A DNA stretch of 36,739 bases from Candidatus Woesearchaeota archaeon (GTDB lineage: Archaea; Nanobdellota; Nanobdellia; Pacearchaeales; UBA284): assembly GCA_964481435.1 (NCBI GenBank), contig CAYZTH010000003.1, forward strand, positions 1 to 36,739, written 5' to 3'. The translations under genes were made by a program, and so were the position numbers. Under the pieces are notes generated by a model. It did no database searches and was not told where the DNA came from. It saw nothing but the letters and a program-made list of their open reading frames with translations. Below are positions 9,697 through 17,309 of the stretch, piece by piece. Every line of letters starts with the position of its first letter. Within the stretch, counting starts at the first letter, position 1.

Positions 9697-10029
9697 ATGG
9701 CTAATTCAATTGATAACTGGATACAAAATATTAGACACAACCACAATCAAGGTAGAGTGAGAATCTTTGATCGTTCTAATGGAAGAAATGAAGAAAGAAT
9801 GACTAAAAACAAGTATTATCGAGAAAGAAGGGATAAATTACTAAAAAAATGCCCCTGGGTAAGAGAATTGAAATTGTATAAGGAAGGAAAAAAACCTTGT
9901 TTTTATGTTACACGAACTGTTCTTGAATATGTTAAACAAGAAAAAGAAGACAGAAGACAGATTTTTGAGATTCTAAAAGCAGACTTTTTAGTCGAGGGTT
10001 ATAAGTTTCTTGCAGAGATGGAAGATTAG
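9697..10029 (+). CDS. Hypothetical protein
   Basis: 110 aa ORF; its stop overlaps the stop of the convergent gene. Confidence 0.55.
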   Translation: MANSIDNWIQNIRHNHNQGRVRIFDRSNGRNEERMTKNKYYRERRDKLLKKCPWVRELKLYKEGKKPCFYVTRTVLEYVKQEKEDRRQIFEILKADFLVEGYKFLAEMED

Positions 10030-11387
10030 ATAACTTCCCCGATTAGATAGTGTGGCTTAGCTTCTTTTATCCTGACTTTGAGAAACTTACCAAGCAAGTT
10101 TTCTTTACTTCTCAGGATAATCATCTTGTAAGACGCATTTCTTGCAATCCAGGTGTCTTGGAAACCGTTTTCATCTACAAGGACCTTGTATTCCTTACCA
10201 ATTAGGGGTTTTTTGTTTTCAAGTGCAATCTTGGCATGCAGATTCATAATTTCTGTTGCTCTTTTTCTCTTTATCTCGGGGGAGATTTGATTTGACATCT
10301 TCTTTGCTTCTGTCTTCTCCATAGGCCAGAATCTGCTTATGTTCAGGACATCGGGCTTAACTTTTTTTATTACTTCTAGTGTTTTTTGAAAATCTTCATC
10401 TGTCTCTCCAGGAAATCCAACAATTATATCTGTTGAAATTGTGATATCTGGAAATTCTCCAGTAAATCTATTTACAATCTCTAAAAAATCCTTGACTGAA
10501 TACTTTCGATTCATTGTGTTGAGAATTTTATCTGAACCAGACTGAAGTGAGAGATGTAAGAATTTGAAAACTTTTTCATCTTTATAGGATTCTATTTGCT
10601 CGTCTAGAAAATGGGAGATATGTTCTGGATTCATCATCCCGATCCTGAGGAAAAATCTATGCGGAAGAGAGGTTATGGAATTGATAAGAATTGGTAAGTT
10701 CACATTTTTGGCTTTGTCGTCTTGTGCTGCAGCACCAAAGCTTGTTTTGTTATTTACACTTACATCTTTATCTAAAAAATCAAGACCATATGCGGAATTG
10801 TCCTGGCTCGTGAGCCATATCTCTTTGCAGCCTGCTGAAAGATCTTGCCCAATATTCTTTAGAATTTTATCTTCGGGATATGAAAAGAGAGAGCCCTTTG
10901 CAAATCGCGTATAACAATAAGCACAGGAACCAAGGCAGCCCTGTGCTATCTGTGTTATTCCGACTACACTCTTTTGCCGGGTCTTTGGCGTACAAAGTTT
11001 AATTTCATTGTTTTTCTCAAGAATCTTGACTTGCTCCCCTTCAATTAACTTCTTGATTGCGCTTGGAATCTCTTTTATATGATTTATTCCAACAAGAGTG
11101 GCTCTGGGACAGAGTTTATTCAGTTTTTTTTCTAAAACTTCGGGCATACAACCAGTTATTACGAGTTTTTTATTTTTTTCTATAAGACTTTTTATTCTAT
11201 CTTCTATTTTTTTGATTGTGGGCTCTTTAACAACGCAAGTATTGAGAATTATTATGTCTGCGAGAGATTCTGTTTCAACAACGGTGAAACCATGACTTAA
11301 AAGCAGGCCTTTCATAATCTCGGCATTATTCAGATTTGCCGAGCATCCGTATGTTTCAATATAGATAAGATTGTTTGTATTGCTCAT
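10026..11387 (-). CDS. Radical-SAM tRNA methylthiotransferase (archaeal MiaB-like/e-MtaB type, probably t6A37)
   Basis: ETYGCSAN and LNTCVVK (UPF0004), GC, CLGSCAYC (CxxxCxxC), QSGS, TDIIVGFPGET and a C-terminal TRAM domain. Confidence 0.92.
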   Translation of the reverse strand: MSNTNNLIYIETYGCSANLNNAEIMKGLLLSHGFTVVETESLADIIILNTCVVKEPTIKKIEDRIKSLIEKNKKLVITGCMPEVLEKKLNKLCPRATLVGINHIKEIPSAIKKLIEGEQVKILEKNNEIKLCTPKTRQKSVVGITQIAQGCLGSCAYCYTRFAKGSLFSYPEDKILKNIGQDLSAGCKEIWLTSQDNSAYGLDFLDKDVSVNNKTSFGAAAQDDKAKNVNLPILINSITSLPHRFFLRIGMMNPEHISHFLDEQIESYKDEKVFKFLHLSLQSGSDKILNTMNRKYSVKDFLEIVNRFTGEFPDITISTDIIVGFPGETDEDFQKTLEVIKKVKPDVLNISRFWPMEKTEAKKMSNQISPEIKRKRATEIMNLHAKIALENKKPLIGKEYKVLVDENGFQDTWIARNASYKMIILRSKENLLGKFLKVRIKEAKPHYLIGEVI

Positions 11388-11467
11388 AAAATAGAAATCT
11401 AGTGGCGTTTTTAAATAATTATGCTAGAGAACAATATTCTTTAAAAATACAAAAGACTGCCTATTAG

Positions 11468-12205
11468 ATGAAACATATCTTACTTAAGCCTTCTGACATT
11501 TTAGTTCACTTATTCTTTCCATATCAACATCTTAGAAAGGAAGGAGCATATACTAATCAAACCCAGAGGGTCGAATTTAACAATTATCTGACTTGGGTAT
11601 ACTCCGCTGCTGTAAGTCTTCCAAGAAAAAATGAAACAAGATTATGCGCTATTGTTGCCCAACCCACACAAGCAGTTAGAGATGAAAGATTCGAGTTTGC
11701 TACGGCTTGTATCGAGTCTAAACAAGATCTTCTTAAAATTGATGCAGTAAAAGCAAGAAGGCTGTTTGGGCTTTTTAGAAGAGTCGTCACACTTCTTGAC
11801 AATCATACTAGAGGAAAATACTATTTAGTTGATAATGAAATAGAAGCAATTGCTCTTGCCCTCACTAGGGATGAAATTCCTTCATACATACTAGAATCTG
11901 ATTCAGACATAACAGAATTAAAACAAATGAAAAAAGATGGAAGAGCCTCACCTCTTTTAGAGGGAATTCCTAACACTATCCCTCGGCTTCTTTATTGCAA
12001 TGTTCCGCCTAAAAGATTTGAGGGAAGATCTAATGAAGGATTTGAATACCAACATCTTAGGAGTACCTTGGGTATACGTCCGGCTTGGAAATGTCTCGGT
12101 ATTACTGCTCAAGAGCCCCACTTACATTTGCCTTTACCCTTAGACGTTGCAGTAAGAAGACTTCATCTGCCAAAACATATTAGAGAATTAGAAAGAAAGT
12201 TTTAG
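11468..12205 (+). CDS. Hypothetical protein with possible degenerate PIN-like fold
   Basis: 245 aa ORF with its own TTTAAA promoter; segments PTQAVRDE and DNEIEAIALAL...ILESDSDI resemble PIN motifs, but the first Asp is absent. Confidence refers to the CDS; the fold call is weak. Confidence 0.55.
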   Translation: MKHILLKPSDILVHLFFPYQHLRKEGAYTNQTQRVEFNNYLTWVYSAAVSLPRKNETRLCAIVAQPTQAVRDERFEFATACIESKQDLLKIDAVKARRLFGLFRRVVTLLDNHTRGKYYLVDNEIEAIALALTRDEIPSYILESDSDITELKQMKKDGRASPLLEGIPNTIPRLLYCNVPPKRFEGRSNEGFEYQHLRSTLGIRPAWKCLGITAQEPHLHLPLPLDVAVRRLHLPKHIRELERKF

Positions 12206-13897
12206 TCACATTTCCTCAAGAACTTCGATGCCAATCAAATTCAAACAGATTGAGAGTATATTCTTGAATTCCCGAACAATTTCAATTCTTCTTGACTTTA
12301 TCCTTTCATCTTCAACTTGCATGACTGGACAATTATGATAGAAATTGTTGAAAAGCTGTGCAAGCTCATAGGAATACAGGGCTATTAGGTCTGGTTTGAT
12401 TTCTTTTTTTGCTCTCTCAAGAACATTCGGGAATTCTGAAAGCTTCTTGACAAGTGAAACCTCTATTTGTTCTAGATTTGAAAAAGAGGCTTTTGATTTT
12501 ACCTTTTTTAGCTTAACTTTTTTCAGGATGCTGGAGGCCCGAGCATAACTATACTGCAGATAGGGGCCTGAAAAACCTTCGAAATCAAGTGCTTCTTGTT
12601 TGTTGAAGGTCATATCTTTCTTTATATCAACTTTCAATAGTGCAAATTTTATTGCTGCTAGGGCTATTGCCCGGGATCTTGAATTAAGCTCCTTCTCGGA
12701 GAGTTTGTACCTTTTTTTTAGTTCTGATTTTGCATCTTCTCTTAGCTCTTGAATAAGGTCATCTGCATCGGCTGTTGTGCCCTCTCTCGATTTTATCTTT
12801 CCTGAGGGCAAGTTAACCATTCCATAACTTATATGAAAACAATTCTTTGCCCATTTCTTCCCAAGAATCTCTAGAAGCTTGAAAAGAACCTGAAAATGAA
12901 AGTTCTGCTCAGAAGCTACAATATAGAACATCTTATCAAACTTATAATCCCCATATCTTGCTTCAATCATATACAAGTCCTGAGTTATGTAGACTGTTGT
13001 GCCGTCTGCTCTCAAAAGAGTTTTTTCTCCAAGTTCTCCCAGGTCTATTGATACTGAGCCATCATCATTTTTTTTGAACAATCCCTTCTTAACACCTTCG
13101 AGTACTATCTCCTTGCCCTTCTTGTATGTTTGGGACTCAAAGTATTGCTTATCGTGAGCAAAGTTAAGTAGCCTATATGTCTCTTGCATACCGTCAAGAG
13201 CCCACTTGTTCATCTTTTTCCACAAAGCAAGAACTTGTTTGTCTCCTGCTTCCCATTTTTTTAGCATTTCCTGGGCCTCTATCTCAAGATTTGGATTTTC
13301 ACGAGCTTTTTTAGAGAATAAAACATAGTAATCGCCGACAAAATGGTCTGACTTCTTTTTTGCTTTTTCGGGAGTAGAGTTCTTGCCCCACTTTTGATAG
13401 GCTAGCATTGACTTGCAAATATGAATTCCTCGGTCATTAACAACATCTACCCTCTTTACTTTATTCTCAGTAAAGGCAAATATTCTTGCTATAGAGTCTC
13501 CAATGAACAAATTTCTTATATGACCCACATGCAGGGGTTTGTTTGTATTGGGACCAGGACTCTCGACGAGAACTGTCTCCCTATCTTTGAATTTGATAGG
13601 CTTCTGAATATCATCAAGCAAGGTTTCAATAAGGACTTCTTTATTTATGAAGAAATTAAGATAGCCATTGACTGGCTCAATTTTCTCTATTTCTTTTATT
13701 TTCAGTTTATCTAGTTTATTTTTAATGTCTTTTGCTATTTCTACCGGGTTCTTTTTATAGGTTCTTGCAAGAGGAAAACAAGGAAAAGCATAATCTCCGA
13801 AGTTCTCTCCTTCTTTTGGCTTTTCAAGAATAATCTCTTTAATATTCATGCCACTCGTTTTTGCAACTGCCTCTTTTATCTTTTGTTCAAAATCCAT
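12206..13897 (-). CDS. argS: Arginine--tRNA ligase
   Basis: FGDYA, PNTNKPLHVGH (HIGH), LLRADGT, GKIKSREG, GPYLQYSYAR and a DALR anticodon domain ending EEM. The start is more likely 13897 than 13912. Confidence 0.97.
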   Translation of the reverse strand: MDFEQKIKEAVAKTSGMNIKEIILEKPKEGENFGDYAFPCFPLARTYKKNPVEIAKDIKNKLDKLKIKEIEKIEPVNGYLNFFINKEVLIETLLDDIQKPIKFKDRETVLVESPGPNTNKPLHVGHIRNLFIGDSIARIFAFTENKVKRVDVVNDRGIHICKSMLAYQKWGKNSTPEKAKKKSDHFVGDYYVLFSKKARENPNLEIEAQEMLKKWEAGDKQVLALWKKMNKWALDGMQETYRLLNFAHDKQYFESQTYKKGKEIVLEGVKKGLFKKNDDGSVSIDLGELGEKTLLRADGTTVYITQDLYMIEARYGDYKFDKMFYIVASEQNFHFQVLFKLLEILGKKWAKNCFHISYGMVNLPSGKIKSREGTTADADDLIQELREDAKSELKKRYKLSEKELNSRSRAIALAAIKFALLKVDIKKDMTFNKQEALDFEGFSGPYLQYSYARASSILKKVKLKKVKSKASFSNLEQIEVSLVKKLSEFPNVLERAKKEIKPDLIALYSYELAQLFNNFYHNCPVMQVEDERIKSRRIEIVREFKNILSICLNLIGIEVLEEM

Positions 13898-13985
13898 AAA
13901 TAATGAATGCAAGGGAGATTTAAAAAATTATCTAAGAAAGATTTAAAAAGACGAACGCATATATTCTATATCAAAAAGGTGAAAA

Positions 13986-14699
13986 ATGCTTAAAATAGAA
14001 TTGTTTGAAAAGATAACTGGAAGACCTACGATGATTGAGGGATTCCCTGGTTTTGGTTTTGTATCAACTATTGCAACCGAATTCTTGATAAAACATCTTA
14101 ATGCGAAGCAAATTGGTATGATAAGTTCTAACAAAATACAGCCAATTGCAGCAATACACAAGGGACAAGTAATCAATCCTTTAGGAATATTCTATGATAA
14201 AAAAAATAATCTTGTCATAGTGCAGGCTGTGACTCCTGTTGATGGCTTGGAGTGGGAGATTGCAGATACTGTTAATGAACTTGCAAAACAATTGAAGATA
14301 AAAGAAATAATCGGTTTAGAGGGAGTCAATTCACAAATAACGGGCAAGGAACCAAAAATATTCTTCTTTTCAAAGACAAAGAGCTGTAGTGAAAGAATGA
14401 ATAAATTGAAAATTCTTCCATTAGATGAAGGAATAATAATGGGAGTTACAGGCGCACTATTAATGAAATCTTCAACACCTTTAGCTTGTTTATTTGTTGA
14501 GGCTCATTCACAGATGCCAGATAATAAAGCTGCTGCAAAACTAGTTGATTCTCTAGATAAGTATCTTAATCTAAAACTTGACACAGATCCTTTGTTGAAC
14601 AAGGCAAAGGAAATGGAGGTTAGATTGAAAGATTTAATGGGCAAGGTCAGCGAAGCCAAAGACTTGCAGGTCCAGAAGAGCTTGGATTACATGGGTTGA
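13986..14699 (+). CDS. PAC2-family proteasome assembly chaperone
   Basis: IEGFPGFGFVSTIA, GIIMGVTGALL, PDNKAAA, LDTDPLL; C-terminus DYMG. Confidence 0.88.
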   Translation: MLKIELFEKITGRPTMIEGFPGFGFVSTIATEFLIKHLNAKQIGMISSNKIQPIAAIHKGQVINPLGIFYDKKNNLVIVQAVTPVDGLEWEIADTVNELAKQLKIKEIIGLEGVNSQITGKEPKIFFFSKTKSCSERMNKLKILPLDEGIIMGVTGALLMKSSTPLACLFVEAHSQMPDNKAAAKLVDSLDKYLNLKLDTDPLLNKAKEMEVRLKDLMGKVSEAKDLQVQKSLDYMG

Positions 14700-14702
14700 T
14701 TC

Positions 14703-15389
14703 TTATAAATTTTCTAATTTCTCGAGAATATCTTTTAATTCTTTTGCATCGTTTGCATAAAATATTTGGCCACCGCTCTTTTTTATGTACTCTTTGAGCT
14801 CAAAAGGAAGCTCTTGCTTAATGAATGGCTTGTAAATAATTAATGTAAAAGGAAATCTGTCTCCTGCAACAATATCTTTGTGAATTTTCTCTTTCAGGAC
14901 ATTAAGTCCTGGCTTATTTCCAGAGATTATCTTGTAAACATAAAAAGCAGAGGAAAGCTCATAGAAGGTTCCGAGGCTTGCACCAAGCACAAGCATGACA
15001 TCTCCGAACAAACCAAAGGCGAAGTGTTGCTTGTACCAAGTATCTGTGTTAAGAGTTTCATCGAAGAGTTTTTTGCCATTAACATCTATATTCAGATTTT
15101 CCTTGAAATGTTTTATGCCAAAGATTTTATCATCCATTGGAGCAACAGCATAAATCTTCTTTCCATTAAATTGTTTGTATTTTTTTGCTATTTCCAAACA
15201 TACGCCCTTACTTGGAGTCAGAAGAATTTCATTTTTTGAAAGAACTTGGGCAATCTGCGTGATATGTTCTGAGAACTCTTTTTCGGGAATATTCAATAAT
15301 TCATGATAGTGATACCTAATATCTCCTATCCCGCTTAGTGCTATTCTTAGTGCCCTTGGGAATTTGGCTTTGCTCTTGCCCAGAGACAT
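14703..15389 (-). CDS. LOG/SLOG-superfamily-like Rossmann nucleotide-binding protein
   Basis: RIALSG, TPSKGV and VLGASLGTFYEL resemble the LOG PGGxGTxxE motif. The true start is probably ATG 15389, 1 nt after the arvC stop, not 15548. Confidence 0.55.
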   Translation of the reverse strand: MSLGKSKAKFPRALRIALSGIGDIRYHYHELLNIPEKEFSEHITQIAQVLSKNEILLTPSKGVCLEIAKKYKQFNGKKIYAVAPMDDKIFGIKHFKENLNIDVNGKKLFDETLNTDTWYKQHFAFGLFGDVMLVLGASLGTFYELSSAFYVYKIISGNKPGLNVLKEKIHKDIVAGDRFPFTLIIYKPFIKQELPFELKEYIKKSGGQIFYANDAKELKDILEKLENL

Positions 15390-15390
15390 C

Positions 15391-15915
15391 TTATTCCCCC
15401 TTAGAACCCTTTTTCTCTTTATCTCCTTTTTCACTCTTGGTGATATCTCCGATATCTTCAAAATCAATCTCACTTGATGGTTTTTCTTGCTCCTTCTTAA
15501 CTTGTTTGATAAGCTCTTGGTCTGGAATCGGAACTCTTTCAGGCCCAACCTTGTGCTTACTCATCATAAAAGTTGAAGCGAGATCTATGATATACTTACC
15601 ATCTTCGAGTTTATAGATAACTGGCTCACCTTTAAACAAACTCACGAGGTCTATCTCAAATTTCCCTGGTTTTTTTATCCTTATGGATTCTAAATTTAGA
15701 ATGACCGGCTTGTCTGGCTCTTCTCCGACAATCCCCCGGACATCTTCTAAAATTTCATCACGCTCTTGATTTGTCAAGGCATCGGTCTGCTCGAGTAAGT
15801 TGAGATCGTCTTCTTTAAAGAAGAAAAAATAATGAGAACCACAGGTACATCCAGTTAAAATTTCTGAGGCCGCATTCTGATATATTTTCCCGCATCTAAC
15901 ACATCTATTTGGCAT
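15391..15915 (-). CDS. arvC: OapC/ArvC-family Zn-ribbon protein (DUF2072)
   Basis: MPNRCVRCG...ILTGCTCGSHYFFF, ESIRIKKPGKFEIDL and EDGKYIIDL are characteristic of the family. Confidence 0.85.
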   Translation of the reverse strand: MPNRCVRCGKIYQNAASEILTGCTCGSHYFFFFKEDDLNLLEQTDALTNQERDEILEDVRGIVGEEPDKPVILNLESIRIKKPGKFEIDLVSLFKGEPVIYKLEDGKYIIDLASTFMMSKHKVGPERVPIPDQELIKQVKKEQEKPSSEIDFEDIGDITKSEKGDKEKKGSKGE

Positions 15916-16018
15916 GTTTTAGTTGAAGGGGGTATTTATTTATCATACAAAGACAAAATGGTTTTGACAACGTTGTGCTATGCACCCAAAACCCCAATCC
16001 CCCGATTATATTTAATTT

Positions 16019-16069
16019 AAACGTTTATATTATCTTTTACCTCAAAGGTCAAAAGATATATAAATGTTT
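16019..16069. promoter_or_regulatory. Mirror-symmetric divergent BRE-TATA promoter pair for arvC and arvAB
   Basis: Imperfect inverted repeat AAACGTTTATATTATCTTTTACCT-CAA-AGGTCAAAAGATATATAAATGTTT; each arm reads AAAAG followed by a TATA-like box outward. Confidence 0.65.
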
Positions 16070-16207
16070 TTAGAATTATCTTTAGATATTAACCCACATC
16101 CAGTAGCAAAATATTGACAAACTTTGTGAGATTTTACATACACAAGGTTTAAATATTAATCAAATTTTAATTTGAATTAAACAGAGGCAAAAAAAACAGG
16201 GACAAAA

Positions 16208-16864
16208 ATGCATAAAGAAGAGAATAAAAAGTCATCATTTTCTGGATTTTTTAGAAAGCTATTCTCCGGATTTTTCAAGACGAAGAAGAATGTAAAAATA
16301 GGATTCTATGGTCCGCCAAACGCAGGAAAAACTACTCTAGCGAACAAGATATGCCAAGATTTTCTTGGAGAAGAACTCGGCAGTGTCTCAAAAATCCCTC
16401 ATGAAACAAGGAATGTCCAATTCAAAGAGAAGATTAATTTTAAACACAAGGGCAAAGAAGCTACTTTCAAAATAATTGATACTCCCGGAATAGCAACAAA
16501 GATAGACTATGAGGACTTCATACATTTCGGACTAAATATGAAAGAAGCAAAATCAAGAGCAAAGGAGGCAACGAAGGGAGTAATCGAGGCTATCCAATGG
16601 CTTGATGATGTTGATGCAGTTGTTGTTGTTCTAGATTCAACGAAAAACCCTTACAGCCAAGTCAATGTCACAATTATCGGCAACCTAGTTGCTAGAAAGA
16701 TTCCTGTTTTAATAGCTGCTAACAAGATTGACTTGAGAGGAGCTGACACGAAAAAAATAGAGGCTGCTTTCCCAGAGTATGGCGTTGTAGGAATATCTGC
16801 AAAACAGGGTAAGGGCATAGATGATTTTTATGATTCATTATTTGGATTAATCAAAAAGACTTAA
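16208..16864 (+). CDS. arvA: OapA/ArvA Era-like small GTPase
   Basis: G1 GPPNAGKT, G2 PHETR, G3 DTPG, G4 NKID, G5 ISAK; family-like RAKEATKGVIEAI and NPYSQVN; adjacent to DUF2073 and DUF2072 genes. Confidence 0.88.
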   Translation: MHKEENKKSSFSGFFRKLFSGFFKTKKNVKIGFYGPPNAGKTTLANKICQDFLGEELGSVSKIPHETRNVQFKEKINFKHKGKEATFKIIDTPGIATKIDYEDFIHFGLNMKEAKSRAKEATKGVIEAIQWLDDVDAVVVVLDSTKNPYSQVNVTIIGNLVARKIPVLIAANKIDLRGADTKKIEAAFPEYGVVGISAKQGKGIDDFYDSLFGLIKKT

Positions 16865-16891
16865 ATCACAAAAAAGAGAAAAAAAGAAAAA

Positions 16892-17272
16892 ATGATGAAA
16901 GACATAACAATTCAATTTGTACCCTTTGGCGAGGTAGCATACTTAACTAGTTATAAGAGAGTCAAAAAACTTCTAGAGATTGTTTCTGAAGACAAGATTA
17001 TATTGATACAGGGTAAACTTGAACCCGAGGAAGAAGCAGACTTGATTGAGGAGACTATGAAGAAGATAGGGAAATCTTCCAAGTTTAGAGGTATTGAGCT
17101 TGTGAGCTTTCTTCCAGAAGCCAAGGGACTTTCTGTTTTCCAATCAATGAGAGAGAAATTTGCCTCTGCACTTACTGGAAACAGGGATGCAATAACTGTA
17201 ATCGGGCCAGCAACAATAGTCAGAGATATCAAGAAAGACCCAACAAAGATACAGCTTCTTTTGAGAAAGTGA
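16892..17272 (+). CDS. arvB: OapB/ArvB-family protein (DUF2073)
   Basis: LEPEEEADLIEETM, FRGIEL and TVIGPATIVRDIKKDP; immediately downstream of arvA. Confidence 0.85.
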   Translation: MMKDITIQFVPFGEVAYLTSYKRVKKLLEIVSEDKIILIQGKLEPEEEADLIEETMKKIGKSSKFRGIELVSFLPEAKGLSVFQSMREKFASALTGNRDAITVIGPATIVRDIKKDPTKIQLLLRK

Positions 17273-17309
17273 ATATAGATAATTCTATTAAATTTCTTTA
17301 ATTTTTAAT

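Noticed and set aside
15390-15548. N-terminal extension of the 281-aa ORF
   Set aside because: It overlaps arvC in another frame; ATG 15389 is the more plausible start.
15916-16207. Replication origin next to the oap genes
   Set aside because: No orc1/cdc6 gene and no convincing repeated ORB elements; only a weak TCCAGTAGCAA and one G-run. Divergent promoters explain the symmetry better.
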